From: an uncultured Eubacteriales bacterium
Lineage (GTDB): Bacteria; Bacillota; Clostridia; Christensenellales; CAG-314
Reading direction: 5' to 3'
Length of the DNA stretch: 11,044 nucleotides
Assembly (NCBI GenBank): GCA_900546875.1
Contig: URET01000038.1
Span: forward strand, 1 to 11,044
The position numbers and the translations under genes were made by a program. How positions within the stretch are numbered: position 1 is the first letter of the stretch; each line of letters begins with the position of its first letter. The notes under the pieces are model-generated. The model was given only the letters and a program-made list of their open reading frames with translations. It searched no databases and was not told the origin of the DNA. Below, piece by piece: positions 1 to 7,379 of the stretch.

Positions 1-250
1 GCGGCGTCGGGTGTTTTATATTCACAGCGTTGACGTACAATCTGAGGCTTCGGTATTTACGGCGCTGTTTGTATCTGTGGCATTGACATATATTCGCAAA
101 GTTGGTTTATATTAGCGGCGTCGACATATAAATTGCGGCGTCGGGTGTTTTATATTCACAGCGTTGACGTACAATCTGAGGCTTCGGTATTTACGGCGCT
201 GTTTGTATCTGTGGCATTGACATATATTCGCAAAGTTGGTTTATATTAGC
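1..250. repeat. 134-bp direct tandem repeat, about 1.9 copies (copy 1 = 1-134, copy 2 = 135-~250), cut off by the window start. Each unit contains ~45-bp sub-repeats carrying TTGAC(G/A)TA or TCGACATA cores next to TTTATATT.
   Basis: Bases 1-119 (gcggcgtcgggtgttttatattcacagcgttgacgtacaat...attagcggcgt) recur essentially base-for-base at 135-253. Within a unit, 'gttttatattcacagcgttgacgtacaat' and 'ggtttatattagcggcgtcgacatataaat' are about 70% identical. The array probably continues upstream of position 1. Confidence 0.9.
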
Positions 251-435
251 GGCGTTTTTTACGGTTTTTGTGCTGTCCTTGCCGTGTTTTACACTGCAGA
301 GGGCAGAAAAAGGGATTAGACAGACTAAATAAGTATATTGTATAAAATTCATAACACATGTTCAACAAAGACCGTCTGAAACAAAGTAAAATAAAAGAAT
401 ATGGTTTTGCTGTGAATGAAATTTCGCAAAAACAC

Positions 436-464
436 TTGCATTTATTTTCAGAATATGTTATAAT
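436..464 (+). promoter_or_regulatory. Sigma-A-type promoter for pepF: -35 TTGCAT (436-441), 17-bp spacer, extended -10 TGtTATAAT (456-464)
   Basis: Read directly: 'cacTTGCATttattttcagaatatgtTATAATat'. The spacing is exactly 17, TGn precedes the -10, and the element lies ~120 nt upstream of the pepF ATG with the same orientation. Confidence 0.6.
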
Positions 465-586
465 ATAAAAAACGACGGAAAGGAGATATTTGTGTCTTTT
501 AAAGGGGATAAAATAAGGCTTGAAAGAGCAGGTATTCCGAAGAGCGTCACCGCCGAGGCGGAAATAAAATAAAAAAAGGAGACAAT

Positions 587-2371
587 ATGAAATACGAAAA
601 GAGGGCTGATGTACCTGAGAGGTATACCTGGAACAAAAGCGATATTTTTGCCACGCCCGAAGAGTGGGAAAGAGCCGTGGCCGGATTCAGCGGAGTATTT
701 GCGGCTATAGAGGGATTCAGAGGCAAGCTCAAAGACAAAGAGACGATCCTTCGTTTTTACAAGCTGTTGGATGAGAAGTCATTGGAGCTTGAAAAGATAT
801 ATTGTTATACGCATTTAGAGTATGACGAGGATACGAAAAATACTGAAGCGCAGGAGAGGATAGGCAAGGCGCAGAATTTATTTGTAAGGTTGAATCAGAG
901 TTTATCGTTTGTGGATCCCGAAATGAGTGCTTTATCCGATTCGTTTATAAACGAGATGATAAATGATCCCGAATTTGCCGATTTTGACATCACGTTAAAG
1001 TACATACTCAGGAACAAGCCACACATATTGTCTGAGGAAGGTGAATCTTTGCTGGCCGGTGCTGGTGATTTTTCCGGAGGTTTTTCGACAGCTTTCAACA
1101 GAATGGATAACGGAGATATCAAGTACGGCACGATAAATATAAGGGGAGAGAAAGTGTCTTTGAGTCACGGAACGTACAGTGTGCTTATGCAGGACAAAGA
1201 TCAGAAGATAAGAGCCAAGGCGTTCAAGCAGTATTATAAGAGTTACATAGACGTTGTCAATACGCTTTCGTCGTTATACGAAAGCAATGTAAAGAAGGAC
1301 TGGTATTTTGCCCGTTCGAGGAAATTCGGCAGCACTATGGAGTCTGCTTTGTTTTATGAAGAGGTGGACAAGAAGGTATATACCAACCTTATCAAGAGCG
1401 TGCACAAGAGTCTCAAGCCTTTGCACGAGTATGTAGGGCTGAGGAAGAAGTTACTCGGGCTCAAGACTCTGAACATGTATGATATGTATGTTCCGGCTTT
1501 TGAAGACGTGGAATACAAGCTTGATTTTGAAGATGCGTTTGAGCTTGTGAAGAAGGGGTTAGCGCCTTTGGGCGAAGATTATATCGCGTTGCTTGACAGG
1601 GCGAAGAATGAGCGTTGGATGGACGTTTATGAGACTCCGGGCAAGAGGAGCGGTGCTTATTCGATGGGTATTTCGGGAGTGCATCCTTTTGTGCTTCTCA
1701 ATTATCAGGAAACTCTCAATGACATAAGTACGATAGCTCACGAGCTGGGGCATGCCATGCACAGTTATTACAGCGAGAAGGGGCAGTGCTATAACAAGAG
1801 CGGGTATAAAATATTTGTTGCAGAGGTAGCGAGCACCTGTAATGAGATACTTCTGCATAAGTATATAACAGCCAATACTGACGACATAAAAGTAAAGAAG
1901 TATCTTATCACGGTATATCTTGACATGCTTCGCACTACAATGTATCGTCAGACGATGTTTGCAGAGTTTGAGTCTATCTCGCATGAGATGGTCGAAAAGG
2001 GGCAGACGCTCACTTATGAGAATTTATGTGCGGAATATCTTAAGCTCAACAAGAAGTATTACGGCAGACACGTCAAGCATAATAAAGAGATCAGTTACGA
2101 ATGGTGCAGGGTGCCGCATTTTTACAGGGCGTTTTATGTATATAAATACGCTACGGGTATCATAAGCGCGGTATGTATTGCTGAAAAAATACTCAAAGAG
2201 GGTGAGCCTGCAGTAAAGAAATATAAGGAATTTCTGTCACTCGGCGGTTCAATGGATCCGGTAAGCGAACTCAAGGTAGCCGGTGTGGATCTGACGACTT
2301 CGACGCCGTTTGAAATAGTCAATAAATCTTTTGAAGACGCTCTTGAGCAGCTCAAGTCGCTTTGCGATTAA
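587..2371 (+). CDS. pepF: Oligoendopeptidase F, peptidase family M3B (594 aa)
   Basis: The zinc motif HELGHAMHS (HExxH) sits at the position expected for the M3 family. Length and overall sequence (e.g. ...YSMGISGVHPFVLLNYQETLNDISTIAHELGH...) are typical of PepF. A strong RBS 'aaaggagacaat' precedes the ATG at 587 and a terminator follows. Confidence 0.9.
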   Translation: MKYEKRADVPERYTWNKSDIFATPEEWERAVAGFSGVFAAIEGFRGKLKDKETILRFYKLLDEKSLELEKIYCYTHLEYDEDTKNTEAQERIGKAQNLFVRLNQSLSFVDPEMSALSDSFINEMINDPEFADFDITLKYILRNKPHILSEEGESLLAGAGDFSGGFSTAFNRMDNGDIKYGTINIRGEKVSLSHGTYSVLMQDKDQKIRAKAFKQYYKSYIDVVNTLSSLYESNVKKDWYFARSRKFGSTMESALFYEEVDKKVYTNLIKSVHKSLKPLHEYVGLRKKLLGLKTLNMYDMYVPAFEDVEYKLDFEDAFELVKKGLAPLGEDYIALLDRAKNERWMDVYETPGKRSGAYSMGISGVHPFVLLNYQETLNDISTIAHELGHAMHSYYSEKGQCYNKSGYKIFVAEVASTCNEILLHKYITANTDDIKVKKYLITVYLDMLRTTMYRQTMFAEFESISHEMVEKGQTLTYENLCAEYLKLNKKYYGRHVKHNKEISYEWCRVPHFYRAFYVYKYATGIISAVCIAEKILKEGEPAVKKYKEFLSLGGSMDPVSELKVAGVDLTTSTPFEIVNKSFEDALEQLKSLCD

Positions 2372-2403
2372 GAGTTCAAAGAGACGTATAAAAAAGCAAT
2401 CAA

Positions 2404-2431
2404 GGCGGAAATTTCTGTTTCCGCCTTTTTC
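2404..2431 (+). terminator. Rho-independent terminator of pepF: stem GGCGGAAA / TTTCCGCC, loop tttctg, then TTTTTC
   Basis: Seen at 2404-2431: 'GGCGGAAAtttctgTTTCCGCCttttt', a perfect 8-bp stem followed by a T-run, ~30 nt after the pepF TAA. Confidence 0.85.
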
Positions 2432-2562
2432 AATACCGTCGGCGGGAAAGAGGATTTGCGGCGAACGGCGCAGAAAGACGCACGGAAGGGGATCGAGCGT
2501 GCAAAAGACTCGTATTCCGAGAAGGGGGGAGGCGGTCCCGGGAGTGCGGCACAGCATAAAAG

Positions 2563-2591
2563 TTGACATCGGACGGAAGATGTGGTAAAAT
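2563..2591 (+). promoter_or_regulatory. Sigma-A-type promoter of the nfeD-flotillin pair: -35 TTGACA (2563-2568), 17-bp spacer, extended -10 TGgTAAAAT (2583-2591)
   Basis: 'aaagTTGACAtcggacggaagatgtggTAAAATaatat'. The -35 is consensus, the spacer is 17 bp and a TGn motif is present. It lies ~50 nt upstream of the RBS/ATG at 2643. Confidence 0.6.
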
Positions 2592-2642
2592 AATATATAC
2601 TTTCCGAGAATGCATTTTCAGGAAAGTTTAAGGAGGTGTAAA

Positions 2643-3281
2643 ATGGCTGAATGGTGGAACGGGATGAGTGTATTGCAGCAAGCGCTTGTGTGCATAGCCG
2701 GCAGCGCTACCTTGATCACGATAATCCAAACCATACTTGCGCTTATAGGCTTCGGTGAAGCGGACCCCGATGTGGATTTCGATATAGGCGACGACGTACC
2801 TCTTGACAGCATGGTAAATATCGGCGGACTCAGACTTTTCACTTTCAGAGGCATCATTGCCGGACTGACCGTCGGCGGATGGCTTGCATACGGTGTAAGT
2901 GTTTTGGGTTTGGACGATATATGGTCGATATTGATAGGCATAGCGGGAATGATCCTGACGATGATCGTGTTTGCCATATCGTGGAGAGCCGCGATGAGAC
3001 TGCAGGGGGACGGAGCAGTGCAGCTCAGGAATGCGGCAGGAAAACGGGCAAGAGTATATATACCTATCCCCGCATCACGCGGAGGCGTGGGTAAGGTAAC
3101 GCTGACTCTTCAGGACAGGTTTGTGGAAGCCGACGCGGTGACCGATGATAATGAAAAGCTTGTTACGGACAGTCAGGTGGAAGTCGTAGATATCATTGAC
3201 GAGAATACGCTGCTGGTGAAAAAGACAGATGCGGTCGTCGGTGAGGGCAATACTCAGGATGCCCTTAAGGAAAAGCAATGA
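2643..3281 (+). CDS. NfeD-like membrane protein (YuaF/NfeD short form): N-terminal transmembrane helices plus C-terminal OB-fold beta domain (212 aa). The start was moved from 2610 to the RBS-supported ATG at 2643.
   Basis: RBS AGGAGG at 2631-2636 lies 6 nt before ATG 2643, whereas the ATG at 2610 has no RBS. The protein has three hydrophobic helices (LVCIAGSATLITIIQTILALIGF; GIIAGLTVGGWLAYGVSVLGL; ILIGIAGMILTMIVFAISW) and then a charged beta-rich tail (GKVTLTLQDRFVEADAVTDDNEKLVTDSQVEVVDIIDENTLLVKK), typical of NfeD/YuaF partners of SPFH proteins. It sits directly upstream of a flotillin gene, as in B. subtilis yuaF-floT. Confidence 0.75.
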   Translation: MAEWWNGMSVLQQALVCIAGSATLITIIQTILALIGFGEADPDVDFDIGDDVPLDSMVNIGGLRLFTFRGIIAGLTVGGWLAYGVSVLGLDDIWSILIGIAGMILTMIVFAISWRAAMRLQGDGAVQLRNAAGKRARVYIPIPASRGGVGKVTLTLQDRFVEADAVTDDNEKLVTDSQVEVVDIIDENTLLVKKTDAVVGEGNTQDALKEKQ

Positions 3282-3403
3282 AAAATAAAACAGTATAAAA
3301 AAAACAGTATAAGAAAAAAAATATTGTGGAGAGTCTATGTTTATATGCTGTGATGTAAATAATACAGTAAGACATATCAAAAAAGGAAAGAAGGAGGAAA
3401 TCG

Positions 3404-4867
3404 ATGGTAGTAATAGGTTTTTTGCTCAGCGGAATAGTTTTTGAGCCGTTGCTGATAGCGCTTGTGATACTTGTAGTGGCGTTTCTTGTATTTCTTATTT
3501 CGAGATACCGTAAATGTCCGTCAGACAAAATACTTGTCATATACGGAAAGATAAAGGACAATAAGGACGGCACGCCGCGTTCGGCAAAGTGCATACACGG
3601 CGGAGCGTCATTGGTGTGGCCCTTTTTCCAAGGGTATCAGTACATGGATCTCACGCCCATATCGATCAGCGTCGACCTGAGAAACGCACTCAGCAGACAG
3701 AATATAAGAATTGACGTACCAAGTACTTTTACGGTAGGTATATCCACGGAGCAGGGAGTTATGCAGAATGCCGCCGAAAGGCTACTGGGACTTAAACTCA
3801 ATGAGATACAGGAGCTTGCAAAGGATATCATTTTCGGACAGCTTCGTCTTATTATAGCGACGATGGATATCGAGGAAATCAATACCGACAGAGATAAGTT
3901 CCTCGAAGCAGTGAGCAGAAACGTGGAAACAGAGCTCAAGAAGATAGGTCTCAGGCTCATAAACGTAAACGTTACCGATATAAACGACGTATCGGGCTAT
4001 ATAGACGCACTCGGAAAAGAGGCGGCGGCGAAAGCTATAAACGACGCGAAGAAGTCCGTGGCGGAGAAAAACAGAGACGGAAGCATAGGAGAAGCAAACG
4101 CTTTGATGGATCAGAGAATAAATGTTGCCGACGCCAATCAGAAAGCCATAAACGGCGAAAATGAGGCTATGGCGAAGATATCTCAGTCCAACGCCACGAG
4201 AAGGGAAGTAGAGGCGGAGTCATTAAGAAGGGCAACAACGGCGGAAAATATCGCAAAAGCCAAGGCTCTCGAAGATTCCTATACTGCTCAGATGGAAGCG
4301 GAAAAAGCGCGTGCAAGCAGAGAGAAAGCCACCTTGGAAGCCGATACGATAGTAAACGCGGAAATAGAAAAACGCAAGATGGAAATACAGGCGGAAGCCG
4401 AAGCCGAAAAGATGCGTCTTCACGCAAAGGGCGAAGCTGACGCAATATATGCCAAAATGCTGGCACAGGCAAAAGGTATCGAGGAAGTGCTCACCAAGCA
4501 GGCGGAAGGTTTTAAGAATATAGTCGAGGCGGCAGGCGGCGACGCAAACAGCGCTGTAAGACTTATGATCTCCGATAAGCTTGAGAATCTCGTGCGTATA
4601 CAGGTCGAAGCTGTAAAGAATATAAAGATCGACAAAGTCACGGTTTGGGACAGCGGAAAAGGCGAAAACGGAAACAGCTCAACAAGTAATTTTATAAGCT
4701 CGCTTTATAAATCCGTACCTCCGCTCAGCGAACTTTTCGACGCCGCAGGAATGAAACTGCCCGACTACCTCGGAACGGTAAAATCCCCCGAATCCGATCA
4801 GAATGCGGACAATAAAGACAGGCAGACAGCCGTGTCGGAAAACGTCCCCGTCAAGACCGAAGAATAG
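3404..4867 (+). CDS. floT: Flotillin-like SPFH/band-7 protein (FloT/YuaG type, 487 aa): N-terminal membrane hairpin, SPFH domain, Ala/Glu-rich coiled-coil flotillin repeats
   Basis: N-terminal hydrophobic hairpin MVVIGFLLSGIVFEPLLIALVILVVAFLVFLI, then an SPFH-like core (ISVDLRNALSRQNIRIDVPSTFTVGI...). A long EA-rich coiled-coil segment (EAEKARASREKATLEADTIVNAEIEKRKMEIQAEAEAEKMRLHAKGEADAIYAKMLAQAKG) is characteristic of bacterial flotillins. RBS 'gaaggagg' precedes the ATG at 3404. The gene symbol is given by analogy to the B. subtilis yuaF-floT pair. Confidence 0.88.
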   Translation: MVVIGFLLSGIVFEPLLIALVILVVAFLVFLISRYRKCPSDKILVIYGKIKDNKDGTPRSAKCIHGGASLVWPFFQGYQYMDLTPISISVDLRNALSRQNIRIDVPSTFTVGISTEQGVMQNAAERLLGLKLNEIQELAKDIIFGQLRLIIATMDIEEINTDRDKFLEAVSRNVETELKKIGLRLINVNVTDINDVSGYIDALGKEAAAKAINDAKKSVAEKNRDGSIGEANALMDQRINVADANQKAINGENEAMAKISQSNATRREVEAESLRRATTAENIAKAKALEDSYTAQMEAEKARASREKATLEADTIVNAEIEKRKMEIQAEAEAEKMRLHAKGEADAIYAKMLAQAKGIEEVLTKQAEGFKNIVEAAGGDANSAVRLMISDKLENLVRIQVEAVKNIKIDKVTVWDSGKGENGNSSTSNFISSLYKSVPPLSELFDAAGMKLPDYLGTVKSPESDQNADNKDRQTAVSENVPVKTEE

Positions 4868-4907
4868 TTTATGATTTTTTATCGAACGATATGACCGCTT
4901 ATTTGAA

Positions 4908-4937
4908 CCGGCTGCACAAAACAGTGCAGCCGGTTTG
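4908..4937 (+). terminator. Probable rho-independent terminator after the flotillin gene: stem CCGGCTGCAC / GTGCAGCCGG, loop aaaaca, then TTTG
   Basis: Seen at 4908-4933, a perfect 10-bp inverted repeat followed by TTTGAT. The T-tract is short, so strength is uncertain. Confidence 0.6.
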
Positions 4938-5260
4938 ATACTCCGGAGAATATGATCGGATTTTTAGAGTTTCAAAGCGGTGCGATGTCGCTTTTTTAAG
5001 TGCAGCGCCCTTATCCGGATTTCAAATCAGGTTTTTTCTGCCAGTATCGGCTTATTATTTAATTAAAGCTCATACCGTAATTCAAGCTGATATCGCTAAA
5101 AAGTATTGAAATATAAAACACGATCGCCCGCGCATCGGAAACCCTGCCTTTTCAGAACGGTTTTTTTCACGGAAACAGGTCAGATGTATTGCATCAAGGC
5201 ATTTGTACTCATCAGGCAAGGCTGCAGGCAGTCGAAGGGAAATATTTTCGTGAAAAAAAT

Positions 5261-5400
5261 CGCCGGTAAAAAACGACGTAAATTCTATCCCGAAGAAATC
5301 TGCGGGTAAAAAACGACGTAAATGCTATCCCGAAGAAATCTGCGGGTAAAAAACGACGTAAATGCTATCCCGAAAATATCCGCCTGTAAAACCTGCGGCT
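5261..5400. repeat. Perfect head-to-tail tandem repeat, 3 x 40 bp (5265-5304, 5305-5344, 5345-5384) plus a degenerate partial fourth copy. Unit: ggtaaaaaacgacgtaaat(g/t)ctatcccgaagaaatctgcg.
   Basis: Copies 1 and 2 differ at one base, and copy 3 diverges only in its last ~10 nt. The period is exactly 40 bp, which is not a multiple of 3. The repeat lies in an ~830-bp ORF-free region between the convergent flotillin and glycosylase-like genes. Confidence 0.9.
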
Positions 5401-5697
5401 TAATTTTTTATCGACCTTTTTTAAGCATAGAAAAAACGGCTGCAGCAGGCGATTTGTTTCGGCTGTACAGTGAGATGTTCCGATAGGCGGTCGTTTCTGA
5501 AATGTATCAGGGCTCCCGGCGGGTTTCGTGATCCGCTTTATATAACGTGTGAAACTTTCCGAAGCTATGAAGAAAAATGTTTTTTGCGATAGTACAGTAA
5601 GGTCCGGATGCGAGATCTGAAAATAAGAAAGAGAGGCCGTATTCTTCTCAGGACTTATTGACCGTTGTCTTTCTCGTATAACGCCACAGAAAGATAC

Positions 5698-6750
5698 TTA
5701 TTCATCAAAACTTATTGATGTAATGTCATTCCACAGCGTGCCTGCAAAATCGGCAACGATGTCTTTTTCTTGTTGCGTTACTGTTTTGAACATCGTAACC
5801 GACAATTTTTTATTCTTCTTTTTCCATTTGCCGACCACTTCGCCATCAATCATCAATGCAGGCATTACAATCCCTGCGAGATTGAATATCGCCCTCAAAT
5901 TCTCTTGGCTTAAAAACAAGCTTTCCTTTTTTTCGTGAGCTAAAAGAAGTTGGTCAAATCCTGCAAGGAACAGACATTTTGGAATCCCTTGATCGTAAGT
6001 CTGATTGTTGTCGATATAAAAATAGGTTTTACCTTCACATTCTGCTGTTGATACAGGCAGTTTGGAAAGCCAATCCTTAACCTGTGCGGCTGTTGCATGA
6101 AAATAGTACATGGCATCGTGAATGGTGGAAGGTCCCATGTGGGTAAAGTATCGACGAGCCATTTCAAGGTTTGCTTCTTGCTCCGGAATGGGAGTAAACG
6201 CAGGAGATAAGCAGAAAGCTTTCTTTTCCTGGACAACATAGTTTATAAATCCACGTTCGCACATTTCACGAACGCCGCCACCCCATTGGTCGAACATACT
6301 GCTTTCTTCGGGTTCGGTCATACCGTTTTGTCTGCAGACATCCTTTAATTCTTCTCTTGTCAGCTCGGAGTATTTAAGAGCATCTAAGATCACATTAGCA
6401 AAATAAGCCTGTCGCTCCGGTGTAAGTGCCCATTTATCACGCTGATTCCAAAACGTATATCCACGCCAATCGTTACGCAAATAATCTTGCCCATTATTGC
6501 AATGAATGAATAATGGCAGATCATCTTCGGCAAACACATGAACTGTTCCTCTGACTGTCCAGTTTTTTACAAGCCCATTTTTGACAGTATCCTTATTATA
6601 ATCTGAACACCTTATTTTCAGCGAGTGCATAGCGTTTACCATGAATTGCGCTTGAACACCACAAAGATCATGGAGGACGGTCATTTTATCTGTCGGTTGG
6701 AGCAAATGTTGATTTGCCATCTGACGAATTTTTATTTCTTCTATGGTCAT
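5698..6750 (-). CDS. Winged-helix HTH_42/DUF1006 protein of the AlkZ/YcaQ DNA-glycosylase family, AlkZ-like subtype with a Q-x-Q motif (350 aa)
   Basis: Length, overall composition and multiple Trp-containing motifs resemble the YcaQ/AlkZ 'winged helix DNA-binding domain-containing protein' family (recalled, not searched). The N-terminal region LHDLCGVQAQF places Q33-A34-Q35 at the position of the catalytic (H/Q)-phi-Q motif of AlkZ-like glycosylases. This is the last gene of the minus-strand operon, 15 nt after the PurN stop. Confidence 0.55.
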   Translation of the reverse strand: MTIEEIKIRQMANQHLLQPTDKMTVLHDLCGVQAQFMVNAMHSLKIRCSDYNKDTVKNGLVKNWTVRGTVHVFAEDDLPLFIHCNNGQDYLRNDWRGYTFWNQRDKWALTPERQAYFANVILDALKYSELTREELKDVCRQNGMTEPEESSMFDQWGGGVREMCERGFINYVVQEKKAFCLSPAFTPIPEQEANLEMARRYFTHMGPSTIHDAMYYFHATAAQVKDWLSKLPVSTAECEGKTYFYIDNNQTYDQGIPKCLFLAGFDQLLLAHEKKESLFLSQENLRAIFNLAGIVMPALMIDGEVVGKWKKKNKKLSVTMFKTVTQQEKDIVADFAGTLWNDITSISFDE

Positions 6751-6765
6751 CGTGTACCTACTCGT

Positions 6766-7360
6766 TCACCCTAAAACAATCTTTCCGTTGATAATGTCTG
6801 CAATCACTTCGACCAAAAAGGTATGCTCCCTTTCAAGAACTCTTGCAGCCAATATCTCCGGTGTATCGTTCTCCAATACCGGCACTGTAGTCTGAGCAAC
6901 GATCTCGCCGCTATCGTATTCGGCATTTACACGGTGAATCGTTACTCCGGTTTCTTTTTCTTTTGCTTCAATTACGGCAGTATGTACGTTCATCCCATAC
7001 ATTCCTTTGCCGCCGAACTTGGGCAGCAGAGCAGGATGGATGTTAAAGATTCTGTTGTTATACTTTTCCAAAACCGTGATATGTAACATTCTCATGTACC
7101 CAGCCAAGAAAATCATATCAACCTCGTGGGTAGCCAACACATCAAGGATTTCTTTAGCGAGAGCTTCTTCGCTTCCGAATTTTTTTTGCGCTCAAATGAT
7201 ATGCCGAAATATTCTCATTGTTGGCTCTCTGTAAAGCCATAGAATCAGCGTTATTGCTTATAACAGCCACAACCGTAGCATTGATCTTATTGCTTTTACA
7301 TCCGTCGATAATTGCTTGTAAATCACTACCTCCATGAGAGACAAAAACAGCTATATTCAT
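6766..7360 (-). pseudogene. purN: Phosphoribosylglycinamide formyltransferase (PurN-type, formyl_trans_N), interrupted by a +1 frameshift in a T8/A8 homopolymer (7180-7187). The track splits it into ORFs 7154-7366 and 6766-7140. Either a pseudogene or a sequencing indel.
   Basis: The N-terminal fragment MNIAVFVSHGGSDLQAIIDGCKSNKINATVVAVISNNADSMALQRANNENISAYHLSAKK matches the PurN N-terminus, and the downstream fragment ...LAGYMRMLHITVLEKYNNRIFNIHPALLPKFGG...VHTAVIEAKEKETGVTIHRVNAEYDSGEIVAQTTVPVLENDTPEILAARVLEREH carries the NxHP-LLP and Asp catalytic motifs. On the coding strand, removing one A from 'gcaAAAAAAAAttcgg' fuses the two into ...AYHLSAKKFGSEEALAKEILDVLATHEVDMIFLAGYMRML. The likely start is the second ATG (7358-7360), 8 nt after GGAGG. 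Confidence 0.8.
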
Positions 7361-7379
7361 ATTCATATCCTCCGTTGCT

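Noticed and set aside
549-575. Short GC hairpin CCGCC-ga-GGCGG followed by an A-rich run upstream of pepF
   Set aside because: The stem is followed by A's, not U's, on the transcribed strand, and the loop is too tight. It is not a terminator.
2610-2642. ATG at 2610 as the start of the NfeD-like gene
   Set aside because: There is no RBS before 2610, whereas a perfect AGGAGG lies 6 nt before ATG 2643. The extra MHFQESLRRCK residues are probably not translated.
3337-3438. 33-codon ORF in the nfeD-flotillin spacer overlapping the flotillin start
   Set aside because: The GGAG is only 3 nt from its ATG, it is in a different frame over the flotillin RBS, and it has an unremarkable translation.
547-4641. 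Minus-strand ORFs antisense to pepF, nfeD and the flotillin gene (547-738, 895-1131, 1559-1984, 2134-2355, 2249-2569, 2618-2977, 3075-3380, 3265-3594, 3637-3960, 4167-4472, 4223-4423, 4420-4641) and plus-strand ORFs 1920-2165, 2331-2588 and 2879-3094
   Set aside because: They are shadow ORFs inside or overlapping confidently identified genes. They have no RBS and skewed or low-complexity composition.
5000-5025. tRNA-like T-arm candidate 'ccggatttcaaatcagg'
   Set aside because: It is just an 11-nt palindrome (gattt-c-aaatc) with no flanking acceptor or anticodon structure, so it is not a tRNA.
5106-5309. 67-aa plus-strand ORF in the long intergenic region
   Set aside because: It has no RBS and a basic low-complexity translation, and its 3' end is generated by the 40-bp tandem repeat.
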